DNA of 62,860 nucleotides, filler included, from Octopus bimaculoides (lineage: Eukaryota), in assembly GCF_001194135.2 (NCBI RefSeq). It is 8 parts of 8 records of this genome, joined end to end, with 100 filler letters (N's around TTAATTAATTAA, not from the genome) between each part and the next. Parts side by side here need not be neighbours in the genome. Positions count along the whole stretch, not along the records: positions 1 to 17,836 come from NC_068981.1; 7 more parts are not named here. One strand, given 5' to 3'. Shown in pieces: positions 1 to 14,120 of the stretch. Within the stretch, counting starts at the first letter, position 1. The number at the start of each line of letters is the position of its first letter. The translations under genes were made by a program, and so were the position numbers. The notes under the pieces were generated by a model. The model searched no databases. It saw only the letters and a program-made list of their open reading frames with translations, and was not told the DNA's origin.

Positions 1-500
1 ATATCACCAACATTTTGAAATCACCCCCTTATACTATGCAATTACCATCGACTCCCTCATTTCCTCCGGAGACAAACCATCATACTTGGATATTTTTCTT
101 TGTAACATATATACGGCGTATTGTTAACGTGCAATTATATCAAGGATATCTATTTTTCAATGCAACTGCGAATCTATTTAAAGTTTAATAGTCTGCAATC
201 ATGTATGTATGAAATGTAGGCGGTTTTGTATTCCAAAGTTTAGTAATAATGTTCAAAGTAAAATAAGATAAAAATGAAGAAAACGTAAATGCAAATTTTA
301 CCTATAGGGTATAGACAGACACTAATATGTTTGTAAAAACCTGCTATGCATTAGAATTATTCTATTAAATAATTGCTATATGGTTCATACACAAGATTCA
401 GTGAAGCTTTTAACTCCGGCTTCAGTATGTATTTGAAGTATTTAAGTTTTCCATTTGTTTGTTATTTGCTGTGTTAATCACATGACGATATATCTTTCTA

Positions 501-704
501 TTGGGTTGTCCGCACAGAAATAGGTCAATAAATACTTGCCATTTGATTTTTTATCAACCAAATATGAACTATTTTGTTGCACAATGCGTCTCTATCTGTC
601 CTTTAACCTGAAAATACTCTCTTCCCAGAATTGAGTTGGTTTCATGGCAAATATGTCGAAAGGCAGGCTACTATAAATCGGCACGAACTTTCCGGACAAC
701 CCAA
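501..704 (-). mobile_element. Internally deleted mariner (Tc1/mariner) element, 204 bp, MITE-like
   Basis: TA|TTGGGTTGTCCG (501-512) ... CGGACAACCCAA|TA (693-704): 12-bp TIRs with TA target duplication. The minus strand keeps the transposase C-terminus FAMKPTQFWEESIFRLKDR*RRIVQQNSSYLVD. Confidence 0.8.
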
Positions 705-3700
705 TATTTACGGAGGTAAAGAAATTTAATTAGTATTCCACGTACGGCATTGCTAGTAAATTATACTGACACTCCTACGCTCAAATCAACATATAATTTT
801 TGTCGTATATTTTTGTATGCATATATTATATGCATACATCCTTTAGTTTTTAGATTTCCATATTTATTTGCACGTGTTGGCCAGCCTAATCTAAATTTAT
901 TTTGATATAATTTTATTTTCCTTTCACATTTTCTATGAACATAACGTCAAAGCAACATTTTTAGGCAGTTAGCTAAAAAAATTCATATAATATACGAAAA
1001 TACACCTCTTATGAAAATGAATATATTATTGTATTCATGTGAATTGTGCATTATTCTGTATTTAGATAATTATGTTTATTGTGTTCATGGGTTTCGAACA
1101 CCTTTTGTTTGTTGCTGCATATTTATTTTGAACATAGATCATTGATCATGCGCTATAATTAATAGTTGTATAATATGACTTAAGACAACAATAAGTCTTG
1201 GCCTCACCTGAAATTGACTTGATCATTCCTCAAAACACCTACTACAATAGATCCTTCACTGAGCAGTTTTTGTACAGTTATGTGACATGACACACACTTG
1301 ATAGTTTTAAGTATATGCACAATTTGTGTCACACTTAAAGAATTTTTTTGGAACAATTTTGCGAGAAGTGGGTTTTTTCAGGCACACTTACTTTTCCCTT
1401 CTTTACACATACACACAAACACGCGCGCAAACATACATATTTATGTTCGTCCCAAAGACTGATTCAAGTTTTAGCCAACTACGCATAAATGACTATGTAA
1501 ATTGAAAGCAGGACAGAAATATATTACAAAGTTATATACACATGTACCAATGCATATATGTACACACATATATATGGGTTTAAATAAATTTGCGCGAGTT
1601 TGTGTTTGCACACAAACGATTATTATTATAAAATATATGCGTATTTTTTAGTGTTGATGCACATACATGTGTCTTTTTCTGCAATTAGGCAACCAAAATG
1701 AAGGCGTATTATTATTTCTTCACAATTGCCTCATACTCTATATGTAGTCGCTGTACGCTGTTCGATTCTGAGTGAGCATCCGTCCTGTAGCAGTCTCATA
1801 CCACGGTCTGCCTGGACTCATGCAAATCAGTCGGAGAGGATGTTATTCTCAGGCGTATTTGAATTACGAAGACATTTCAAGATTACACGAAGGAACATTT
1901 TCGAAAAGTAATTATTATAGTCTCGATTTCAACTCATCGATTGTCGTAACTAAATGCATAGTTCAGTGTTGCTTTTCAATCATTGTTGTCTGTATCAAAT
2001 GAATTTATAATTCTCATGTGGGAAACAATTTCAAGCCGCACTTGGTAGCAATGACCATCATTTAAGTATGATGATGATGATGATGATACCTTGTTTGGTC
2101 AAAAATTGTGTTGCTGATTCCAATTTGCAATACATATAACAGATTGAAAATACTGATAACAAAGTCTGAATAAACAGTTTTAAAATCTGATGCAACACAT
2201 AATACGCAGAGAATTTAATATATTTGAAACTGATGTATATGTGTCTTTTCAAACTGCCTCTTGTAAACTTTTTTGCGTTTTCTGCATTTGAATACTGAAT
2301 AAGTGGCATATTATTCCTATGGCACGAAACTTTCGACTTATTGTATATCGCTGCATTTTCTGTATCAGGCTTCATTTTCGATTGCATTGCAAGGGATTCG
2401 TAATCCAGCGATATTTGAAATATTTCTTTATATAACCTTATTCTCCAGATAGAATTAATTCTTGTCTGAATCATTGTACATGTTAAAATGTGCTTTCCGC
2501 TTACTTCATTCTTTTGTTTCCTAACGTCTTCTAATTCAGTGTTTCCGGCATTGACCTTCCTGGAAATGCATATAATATTCTCCTCAAATTCTCTCTATGG
2601 CCGAGTGTATTATATTTCATTGAATAATCTCTCTCACTTCTGTTATTGCTATGTACGGCTTCGTGGATGTAAAACATTATGTGTTGTTAATAGTGTTAGT
2701 CTATGTCTGTTTCATGAAACTGATTATTCCGATATAATTCAGCTTCAATACCGTAATTACGAGGGAGATTTTCTTTATATACGACTGATCCTTTATCAGG
2801 TTCTTGCCTCTTCCTAATACAAAATTTTGTTCGCTTATTTCCTCTATAATGTAAAATCTGATAATCATATAATTTCAGCTAATATAGCCCACCATATTTT
2901 ACATTATTTGCTGTTAATTCTTCTGAAGATTTGTTTCAGGGCTCTTTTTTGATTTAGTCTTATTTTGAATATAACGATACGAAACTATGTTCAAACACAC
3001 ATATATGCCCACATAAACACCCTTCACAAACACACAAACATTCAAACATACACACAGGCACACACAGGCACTCATTTTAAGTGAAATTTCTATTGTATAT
3101 CTTAACGTGAAAAACATGCTAATACAAGGACAAAAACAGTCAGCGTGCGTTAAAATAAAAATATTTATTTTGTTAAAGTTACTGAGAAACCAATGCAGAC
3201 TAATATAATATAACCTGGAATATTAGAAACCAGAGTCAGTGACTAGAAATTAATATTTACTTTAAATTGAATTCGGTCACACATATTGAACAAGAGCACA
3301 AACAACACACGCACAGGCGCGCGTGGACAATACACACATATACCCCCACATACACATGCACTTTGCCGTTACATTAAAAATGAAGGGTATTGAATGTAAG
3401 ATGTAAGATGTAAGCTTGATGGTTATGTGATGTAAGTTTTCAGTTGTACTTCAGTCATATTCCGTAAACTTAAATTTCTGTTCTCCGTTTCTCGAGTGAA
3501 TATGCAACATTTTAAAATAATTTATGTTCCTTTTTCTCCATCATTCTTGAATCTGCATTTTAAATTCACATTCGCTTTTGAAATTCTAGCTACCTTGCAA
3601 TCGGAAAAGATAAGTTGTAGCTATCATTTAAAATGTGTCGGCTGTTGTATACATTCCCTTTCTATGTAAAGTTATTTATACTAGCACAGTGTATACCTTA

Positions 3701-5044
3701 TAGATTATATATTGTCTCAGATGAAATATTTATTATTCTTGAATTACGAAATGTATCTTTTCATAGACAGTCAAATCTTAATGCATTTACAATTTCCCTG
3801 TTAATTCTTGACGCATTTACTTGACTACGATTCAGTTTTCATTAGAAATACATAGAATACAAATCACTAATTACATGTATAACCGCGTTAATGATTAACC
3901 GAATGAAATTTTTCTCCTTAACTTTTCTCTTTCTTTTTATATGTATGTATGTTTAGGTTCAATTAATTAATGCAATATTTTTGTGTTAATTATACTGAAA
4001 TGATAGCAGAGTTCTTGTTATTGTTCTTTATTTCATTGTTCACTGGGTGCTTTATTTTCTAAGCAGGTCTTTAGGATTGTTTGATTACTGAATCTGTAAT
4101 TAAAGAAAAATAAGTGGATGTATTGCGTTGTTTTTGTTAAAGTGTCGTATGTTCACATTTGGTCAAATGGGTTTTGCTTTTCAATATTTAATTTTGCTTG
4201 CAATAGAGGGTTCTTTTGGTCAAACTATTCTATCTCCAACTGCTTTAGATGCTGAGATATGAAAATTGCCAAAGTGTAGTACAACGGTTTAGTATATATA
4301 AAAAGTGAAGTGAGTTCCACATATGACAGTTTTGCAAAAATATTGCTGACTTAAAATATCATACATGCAAGGAGTTACCCAACAAAGTGTTATTGTTACG
4401 CTGAAACTGTTGCTAATGCAAAAGAAATGGAAAAGTGAAACTATTGTTTCGTTTTCTAAAAAGCAACGTGTTGGACTTACGACACTTTTGCATAATAACA
4501 ACAAATTGCTTTACACTCGAAATGTGCATATTCCAAATGAGTTGATAGCTACCTTCCTTAATTGCCATCATATATTTCTTTTATTCAAGAGCCAGTTCCT
4601 TAGCTTTTCAGTTCAGGTTTTGGAAACTTTTGTAGCGTTTTCAGATTGCACTTCTGTTAAATATGATTAAATTCTAATGCTATTATTATTTTCCTTTGCA
4701 AATATTTATAAGGTCCACTAACGTCTCTCCAGTCATTTGATGAGTTAAATGACGCAGATTTTGTTTCCAATAGACAACAACGTATGACAGGAAAATATTA
4801 AAAATATACAAATTCATTCTATCGCTGACTGTATTTTACCGTGTTCTTATCTGGTCTTTACTGTATAATGCGTTCTCGTTTATTTAGACTATATGCGAGA
4901 AAACAAATATTTTCGTAATAGTTCGCACAAATCATTCTTGAGTATATGTGCATATTTATATGTATAGATGTATGAATGTGCGGACAGACACTCACATACA
5001 CTCACATGTATATACACACATGTATACATACACACACACGTAAC

Positions 5045-5291
5045 TGTGGATGTGTGGTAAGAAGTTTGCTTCCCAACCACATATTGCTTGGTTCAGTCTC
5101 ACTGCGTGAAATATTGCACGTCTTCAACTACAGCCTCGGGCCAATGAAAACCTTTTGAGGGAATTTGCTAGACAGATACAGAAGCAAGCTTGTCATATAC
5201 GCACACAGACACTGACACACATGTATGCACATACATAACCACACGCACACACATGCATGCACACACATGCATGCACACGCGCGCGCACACA

Positions 5292-5337
<46 letters not shown>

Positions 5338-5640
5338 NNNNNNNNNNNNNNNNNNNNNNNNNNNNNNNNNNNNNNNNNNNNNNNNNNNNNNNNNNNNNNN
5401 NNNNNNNNNNNNNNNNNNNNNNNNNNNNNNNNNNNATATATATATATATATATACCACCGTTTGACAACTGGAGTTCGTGTGCTTTCATTACCGTCACTT
5501 ACCGCTTCGGCAAAAAATATCGATAGAACAAGTATCAGGTTTAAAGCAATGGGTAGTAGGGTAGATTCAGCCAACTAAAATCCTCGTAGTCTGTACCTGA
5601 GCATGGTTGCAGTGTTATGACAGAAACAAGTAAAAGATAA
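5045..5640 (+). mobile_element. tRNA-derived SINE (family A) with internal (CA)n/(TA)n tract spanning a gap
   Basis: Head GTGTGGTAAGAAGTTTGCTTCCCAACCAC...GGTTCAGTCTCACTGCGTG and tail ...CGGCAAAAAATATCGATAGAACAAGTA...GCATGGTTGCAGTG...GAAACAAGTAAAAG. Homologous to copies at 28682-29113 (-), 53531-53841 and 56817-56970. Confidence 0.8.
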
Positions 5641-7597
5641 AAGATTAAAGCTTTTAATCTGGACTGAAACAACATGCAAATACATGCTTCAACAACGAAA
5701 CACTGGTAAACACTGAAGTATATTAACATCCTTGGATTCACGAACCTCTCTAACTTAGTCCAGTTGTAAACTAATATCTTAAAAAGGCTAAATTTAATTT
5801 ATTTGATATAATAAATCTCTAATGATGTATTATCAGTCGCTTCATAAAAACGTTAGGCGTAAATTTAGATTTTCATTTTATAAACGACTAAGGATTCAAA
5901 TTAACTATTATAGTTGTCTTATCAAAATTCTTCTTTAAACACTAATTACGCAATACACAAGCTTATTTAAATAGTGTCATGCCCAAGAAAGCAGTATTTT
6001 ATCACAGGAAAATATTTGATTTCAGGAGTAAGGTATCAAGTAAAGAAACAAAAAATTAAAACAAAAAGCAACGTGAGCCATGAAAAATATATTTTAATTA
6101 CGATGCTATTTGACTGTTTCTCACACATCTGCAAGCCAATAATTTATGAGACTCATTTCTAATTTCGCAGCAGTAGATATATTTTTTACCTTTTTGCTCC
6201 AGTTTTATTTAAGTTTTCCGTGTTTTCTAGGAACCTGTGTACAGGTAAAAGGTTTATCACTCGTTTTATTTCAATTTATTTTTAGGTGTTGGTGAAGAAG
6301 AAATAGGCTCATGTTTTCATTTTATCAATGAAAATCTGTTATTCCCTTGGGTAATAAATTGTATATTCCATTTGCTTAACTTCTACAAATATTAGTGTAA
6401 GATACTGAATATTACACAGGCATGCATTTTATTAATGTGATTCTCAATCAGAACCAGTTGTAACACAATGTGGCAAGGATATATATCATAGTTAATAGTA
6501 TGGGAGATATAGTGAATGAGAAGTGTTAAAGAGATCCAGGTAGTGAGCTAGTAGTTTTTTTACCGACCCCCTTATTTGTGGTCAGACCTCGACGATTTTT
6601 GTGAGACGAATGCAAGAAGCAATACTAACTTCCCAATTCAAATTGACGACTCCACAATTCACAATATTTGTGCGTCGTAAATTTCGCTCTAAATTAATTT
6701 CTTTGGCAAATTATATATATCATGATGAAGACAGTGTCATTTTTTTCTTCTAATTAATACGGCATATGTTCTCCTTTCTAGCATTCGTTGTGAAAAATGA
6801 TATTTTGAGACTACAGAGAATATACTGGTCGAGTTCATTTTCTGGGGGCGGCGGAAATTATGTCTTATATGAACATTTATGAATTCATAAAAGATTAAAA
6901 CATTATATTACAGAATCCTCAAGAGTGATGATTTTACAATAAAGTCTCACAAATGTAAAACAACTTACGAATAGATTTAACTACATTTTTGTTTGCATTC
7001 AATTTTAATAAATTTCTGTTTACGGTTTATATAATATACTACCATGCACAATATACGGTGGTATAACATTGTTTGCATTCAAGTATTTATTCGTAGATAA
7101 ATCCCTTGATAGTACAATATAAGGTGTTATAATCGGTCGTTGTAAACGATTAAATAAACATAAAGAAATATCTAACAACTAAATGAATTAATAATGAAAA
7201 CGTAGATTTGAATAGAGTTCATTAGAGAAGTTAATTAAATGTCAAATGCGAGCAAATAATCTGATATTTCTCACAAGCAGCCACACCTGCGTAGGTCTAC
7301 GTAGATTGTTTACACTTAAACCATACTGCACACATAAGTGCGACGTAAGAACTGTCAAAAGATGTTAGAAGAAATATTGTTCACACTTTTGACTTGGTTT
7401 ATGGTGGTGAGCATATGTACTGAAACGAAAATATAAGATTATCTGGGTAAAAGTAGTAGAAACTCACAAAAACCGTCTGCAGCATAATGCGAAACAAGTC
7501 AATGAAAGTACGATCGTTTCACATAATATATGACAAAATAATATTTAACGTTTCTCAAACTGCTATATTACTGTGAGAAACAAACACAGACACACAG

Positions 7598-7665
<68 letters not shown>

Positions 7666-9869
7666 NNNNNNNNNNNNNNNNNNNNNNNNNNNNNNNNNNN
7701 NNNNNNNNNNNNNNNNNNNNNNNNNNNNNNNNNNNNNNNNNNNNNNNNNNNNNNNNNNNNNNNNNNNNNNNNNNNNNNNNNNNNNNNNNNNNNNNNNNNN
7801 NNNNNNNNNNNNNNNNNNNNNNNNNNNNNNNNNNNNNNNNNNNNNNNNNNNNNNNNNNNNNNNNNNNNNNNNNNNNNNNNNNNNNNNNNNNNNNNNNNNN
7901 NNNNNNNNNNNNNNNNNNNNNNNNNNNNNNNNNNNNNNNNNNNNNNNNNNNNNNNNNNNNNNNNNNNNNNNNNNNNNNNNNNNNNNNNNNNNNNNNNNNN
8001 NNNNNNNNNNNNNNNNNNNNNNNNNNNNNNNNNNNNNNNNNNNNNNNNNNNNNNNNNNNNNNNNNNNNNNNNNNNNNNNNNNNNNNNNNNNNNNNNNNNN
8101 NNNNNNNNNNNNNNNNNNNNNNNNNNNNNNNNNNNNNNNNNNNNNNNNNNNNNNNNNNNNNNNNNNNNNNNNNNNNNNNNNNNNNNNNNNNNNNNNNNNN
8201 NNNNNNNNNNNNNNNNNNNNNNNNNNNNNNNNNNNNNNNNNNNNNNNNNNNNNNNNNNNNNNNNNNNNNNNNNNNNNNNNNNNNNNNNNNNNNNNNNNNN
8301 NNNNNNNNNNNNNNNNNNNNNNNNNNNNNNNNNNNNNNNNNNNNNNNNNNNNNNNNNNNNNNNNNNNNNNNNNNNNNNNNNNNNNNNNNNNNNNNNNNNN
8401 NNNNNNNNNNNNNNNNNNNNNNNNNNNNNNNNNATATATATATATATATATATATATAATAATGTCAAGCTGGAAAAAAAAACATGTATATTAAGCCGAA
8501 TTTACTGGAATAAATCTCTCGATGTACATAGTTTTATATTGAACACGTTGATTTCAACGGCCTTGAAAAGTCTTTCTCTGCTGCAACTCTTTTGGAAAAT
8601 AAATATCTTACAAATAATGTGTGCAAAATCACACTGAGATGAACTCTGAGGTCATTGTATTGAAGGACAATGCTTCACCAGATATAGACTCTGAATCTAT
8701 CGTTCATGAACTTAAAAATGTCCACCGTTTTAGAAGCAGTGAGCAAACAATTCATTTACCATTATATACAAATGTTTCGAGTCTAGAATTTACTAAAGTC
8801 AAAATAAGCAGCGATATTGAAAGTAAGGTAATTATATATATACTGAACTTCTTCGTGTATAGTCACATTGCAATAACATTATCTCATGTAACTATCAATG
8901 GAGAAAAATTCTTCTTATTGATAACCTGTGTGAGAACAGACATCGTTGGGATATAAATGAGATCATCAGACCGTCACGTTTTTCTGTGCCGTTACGTTTC
9001 ATCATATATAGACTGCTAATTAGTCGCTACTCATAGCACATTTATATGAAAAGTGTTGTTACAATTTTTCTGGCGCCTGCAAAGATTTACAGGGCTGGAT
9101 GTAGTCAGATAAATGTACACTGTTAGAATTCATTAGAATGAATCTGTGTAGATTTATAAATCGTGCACACATGAGTATGGAGTGGTGTTTGCAATAACAA
9201 TTATTTGGGAAGGAAGAAAGCTATCATTAAAGACGTCTATGACAATAAACAAAAAATGACGTCAAATGACTGCGGTTCTTTCTGCTTTTTTGTAATTTTA
9301 CATATGAAACAGCAGCCATTAGAGAGTTGTGAAGGTTGAATTTCGTGTTTATATCTGATGATAACGAAGAAAGAGCGTGTTGTATACAACAGGGTAACTT
9401 GAGGTAACTAGTGTGTTAAGATGGCGTTACATAGCAATTTATTTATCCACCTATTTGGGATAAAATGCTGGCTACTTCTCTGTGCAGTGCTAAAAACACT
9501 ACCACTTGTTCCTGAACACATGTTCTCCACCACATGTCTTCCACTAGCATAGAAATATTTCATACTTTTACGATACCAATTGAATGGTTTACTGATATTA
9601 GAATTTGTCTCAAGTTTTCTTATTAATGTAGTTGTGTATAGGATAGACAAGTGTGTGTATGTATGCATGTCATCATTCAGTTTATTTCAAGACGTCTTGC
9701 CAATAGATCCAAAGTTCCTTTATTGGAATTCCAGCATCAGCAACAGGGTATGTATATTTGTATGTATGTATATATGTAAGTAAGTATGCATGTATGTGCA
9801 CATGTGTATGCTTTTTGTATGTATACTAATGGCTATAGCTGCATATCTAAACATACTGATATATCTAAA

Positions 9870-10260
9870 TGATAAACTTCTGCAAAGTTTTACAGAATTT
9901 TCGAGTTCCAATCATGGGATTGAATCTCTATTCTTTCAATTTGCTTTCTCCTTTCTGTTTTCAGAAGCTTAACTTCTCACGATTGGTATTTAGGCACTGT
10001 GTTACTAAAATTTTAATCTGCACAGAGTAACTGCAGATTTCTCAGTTGTTCAGCAAATGTGTTCTCTTTTATCATTGATCGTCAGCTCTATGCTAATATC
10101 CGCTGGGCAGCTAATTTCCACAACCGTGCAAAGTTACTCTCCTCTATTCCAAATCATCATATGAGAGCTATTGTTCTTTCATTTTATTGAGGTCTTCACT
10201 GGGAAATCCACCAGTATTCCGCTTTACCATGAGTGGCTATGCCGTCTGCCATATTGTGAG
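9870..10260 (-). mobile_element. R4/Dong-type non-LTR retrotransposon, restriction-like endonuclease (RLE) fragment, decayed
   Basis: Minus-strand translation with shifts gives EYWW...IWNRGE*LCTVVEISCPADISIELTINDKK/ENTFAEQLRNLQLL...KLLKTER...CKTLQKF. Same family as 46662-47625. Confidence 0.75.
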
Positions 10261-11354
10261 TTTTTTTTTTATTTCTTTGTGCTAACATTGTGCACCTCGA
10301 CTAAGAATATGATAACTATCGAGGAAAATAGTCTAATTCAACACGAATATCTCGAAATGCTACTCCATGGTAAAAAAAAAAAAGATTTTTTTTTTTGATT
10401 TTTCTGATAAAATGTTCTATATTAATAACTTAATGTAAGATATTAGATTTGGCTAGAATGTCGTTCACATGAATAGTGTTTAAGAGCCAGAAATACATTA
10501 TTTTGCTCTCATTTAATTCTATACAATTTTAATATTACAATATATACTTTCCACAAGAAAGAAAATTATGTATTAGACAATATTTACTACAGAAATCCAT
10601 AATTTCAACTCTATTGTTTATCTACTAAGAATTGGATTTATTTAACATTGTGTTCATAACCTCTTCCTTTCATTCTTAGAAAACGTTATTATGTTACTAT
10701 TTGATGTTTTATAATTCGTGCTGTCATCAGTTTTTAAAAACGCTTGCTAACTCCAATACAGTAACACATTTGTATCCCTAATATAAGTGAATGTGTGATT
10801 CCATGTTATGTGTACGAGAGGTAACAAATTCTCGTCCACGTATGTGGCTGTCTACGAGTTCAAACATCATTGGAGAAGCCTGAAGATGGCTAAAAATGAT
10901 CTGCTGTCCTCTCTTGCAAATGCCCACCCTATAATTATTGTGTTTACAAACTGTACGTTATCTCAAGAACAATCCCGCAGTAACTTAACTATCAACGGTG
11001 TACATACGTCTAGTATAGATTACTGTCTATATGTGTGTGTGCGTATATATATATNNNNNNNNNNNNNNNNNNNNNNNNNNNNNNNNNNNNNNNNNNNNNN
11101 NNNNNNNNNNNNNNNNNNNNNNNNNNNNNNNNNNNNNNNNNNNNNNNNNNNNNNNNNNNNNNNNNNNNNNNNGGGAAGAATGGAAATCTAATACCATACA
11201 CAGACACACGTACACAAACTTACAAACACACACACGCAAACACACTGTACATAATTACTACATTTCTAAAAAGAATTATTGCAGTTTGGATTATCATCAC
11301 TATTAGTTGCAGCATTAGCAGAGATAGCAGCGGCCGTGGCAGTAGCAGCTGCTC

Positions 11355-11436
<82 letters not shown>
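11355..11436. repeat. (AGT)n microsatellite
   Basis: About 27 perfect TAG/AGT units. Confidence 0.98.
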
Positions 11437-11445
<9 letters not shown>

Positions 11446-11469
11446 GGGGGGTAGTAGTAGCAATTTGTC

Positions 11470-11890
11470 TAACACGAATAAAACATGCGTATTCTTTTCT
11501 TGTACGACTGCTTAGAGGCGATTACCATTGCAACGCGATGATCTCTAAACCCTCTCGCTTCTTCCATTTTCATCGTATTTGTAGTTCCGTGTAGATTTCC
11601 CAAATATACACACTTTTTTCTATTCAAATGAGGTATGACATTATATGTTCTCACCTCAAACCAATCTACCTCTTTAAAAATTTCGGTGATCAAATTGTAA
11701 GCAATGTATAAACTATTCTTTGTTTCTTCAGTCGTTGCCATTCCTTACCTGTTGAAATCACTACTCTTTCCGTTATGCTTACAAACAATAAATACTCGTG
11801 CATACTTTCATATTGCATTTGGGCTGTAGAATACATACTAGACAAGATAATAAATGTAACACGTTTATTTTGAGATCTTTTACACATCTA
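11470..11890 (-). mobile_element. Possible RTE-clade LINE reverse transcriptase relic
   Basis: KKCVYLGNLHGTTNTMKMEE...SKQSYKKRIRMFYSC resembles the RTE 'F.YLGS...S.KTKIRLF.SC' region. Heavily decayed. Confidence 0.3.
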
Positions 11891-12929
11891 TTGGTGAGTT
11901 ATAATCCGGCTATGTGTATCATACTTTAAAAATTTTAATATAGCAGAAATGTAAAACATTATTCAGAATTTGTTCAAAACATACTAAAGCTTGTTTTAAT
12001 GTTTGTGGGCCAAAAGTTTAGTAAGCAAAAGCACTTTTGTACAAAAGCATTATTTCAGTTAGGATATCATTACAGCATGTTGAGAAGCAACACACAAACT
12101 GATGTTAAATTCGATGTTTTTATTGTCTTATTGTAACCTAGCTGTATTATACTATTCCAAATAACTTCAAAGCTGATATATATGAAACTATTAACTGCCA
12201 AGAGCAAAAGTACTTCGATCTCACGTTTACTGGATGAACAGACATAATATAGATTTTGCTTAATGAGACACACGATTAAACACAGTTAGAATTCCTTGTG
12301 GAAATGTAAGTTCTCTTATTTCAAAGAAAAATTATCAAAATGAAATACGAATACATTCGTATTACCAAATTCTATTTGACACTAAAGATGCGACAGTATT
12401 GACAGCTTCTTAATCTACAATGAATTAATTACCGAGTTGTAGATACAGTGTACTTCATAGTGTCGATACTGCCGCCAATATTTCTTAATGAAAAGAAACC
12501 GGCATTTCCGTAACGAATATTTTAAGTTTCTTTTCCCGACCGGATAAAATATGAAGGGAAATATTTGCATTTCATTTGTATGCAAAATTAGTGAATATGT
12601 TCAGTTCCTTATTTACGCGTAGTGCAGTAGAATTCGAAGTATGTTAATTTTAGGAGGTAAAGACGTACATCAGCAGTGGGCAAAGAGTAGAACACATCGT
12701 AGAGTCTTAGAACATTGTTAACTAAGAGTTATTACGAATAATTGTAAAGCAAAATTCCTCATCAGTATAATAATATATACACATATATAAATACGCATCA
12801 ATATGTAAATGTAAATATGTATCTTACGTGTTACGTGTGTAGGTATCATGAAACTTAGAGACATTCAGAGACAGAGAGAGACAGAGAAGCTGAGAAACAG
12901 AAACAGAGGGATTGAGAGGCAGAGGCAGA

Positions 12930-12936
12930 GAAAAAA

Positions 12937-12976
<40 letters not shown>

Positions 12977-12994
12977 AACAGCGTATGCTTGTGT

Positions 12995-13058
<64 letters not shown>
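12930..13058. repeat. (GAAA)n and (GA)n microsatellites
   Basis: Direct reading of the tracts. Confidence 0.97.
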
Positions 13059-13061
<3 letters not shown>

Positions 13062-13699
13062 GTTATTATCTCAAACAGGAGACAATTAAGATTAAGCAAG
13101 AAAAGTACACATTTTCAACCGATAGAATTAAAAATAGAAATATACTCATCTGAATCAATTCTCGGTGCTGGTCAGTTTTTTTGACAGACAGAAATATCTG
13201 CTTATATCATTTATGCAAGCAGTCTATATTCACTCAAGTATAAGTACAAATCCACGAACATTCATATGTATTTACAAACATACATATATATACGCATACA
13301 TATATACATCCATATGTAGGATCCACTGGTTTTAATTTTCGTATTTATGGAAAAGATCCTAGATATAAAGTTCTTTATTTGGAATGTTTACAAAATGAAC
13401 AGAGTTAACATATGCGATTTTAGATATATCTACATTTTTAGAGACATGAATGTATATAAACTTACATGAGTGTATATAATTATGCGCAGACGACATATAT
13501 TTTCAGGCATGAATGTCATTGTATATATTGTTTTGTATTGATGACAAACACGACTATATGTCTCTATTTGTAGGTTGTTATACTGCTTAAATATTTTATA
13601 TATTCTGATAATGCTCTTGACAAATTGTTGCTGTAGTGTCTAGATTAGGTCAGTTGTTTCTAGTTTTGAATTAGTCAGCCTCAGTATTAGAACTATGGC

Positions 13700-14120
13700 A
13701 ATCAAAATAAAAATCAGATTCTATATTTCAGTTTGAATTCTTGCACATTTAACATCCGGTCGACTAAGATACTCTCCTTTACGTTAATCGTTAATATTAT
13801 GTTAAGAATATCCAAGTAACTAATTTCCAATACTGTACATAATATCCTTTCTTTCCTCGGGGCCATTATGCATGTCATGTCCTCTAGTTTTCGGTCAAAT
13901 TATGAGCGATTTTGATCTCCATATCACAGTGTATTCCTACATTATTTTGTTCGGTATACTCATTTGCACTCAAATTTTCACATGATGCTGTAGCTGCATA
14001 CTTTGTTTGTATTTAACAGTGAGATGGCATTTTCGGATAACAACTTATGACGTCAAAGACATTCTCAGTAATAATTCCTCAATCTGTATTAGTTGCACAT
14101 CAAATTGTTTACCTGCATCG
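13700..14120 (-). mobile_element. Ancient R4/Dong-type LINE fragment (CCHC finger to RLE region)
   Basis: TENVFDVISCYPKMPSH resembles VEDITHVISSCPKRSSRYY at 47104-47499. RKERILCTVLEISYLDILNIILTINVKES resembles the LCTVVEISCPADI motif at about 10100. Confidence 0.6.

Noticed and set aside
2058-2474. 138-aa minus-strand ORF
   Set aside because: No recognisable domain. It has only a faint KPD...VSC similarity to RLE motifs and ends in an (ATC)n tract, so it is not supportable as a gene or a specific TE.
7563-8637. Long ORFs of 300-450 aa in the track (also 15677-16673, 30035-31192, 37164-38620, 42484-43528, 55526-56660)
   Set aside because: They are open only because they run through N gaps and (CA)/(TA)/(GA) microsatellites, giving HT/YI/CV/RE dipeptide runs.
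9420-9620. Mariner C-terminus-like peptide SKPFNWYRKSMKYFYASGRHVVEN (minus strand)
   Set aside because: Similarity is too weak, and no TIR or other transposase motifs were found nearby.
12730-12772. Other CTGANGA occurrences as hammerheads (e.g. minus strand 12766-12772; also about 9356, 20880, 21445, 32820)
   Set aside because: None has a correctly placed GAAA, an NUH triplet and a closing helix I.
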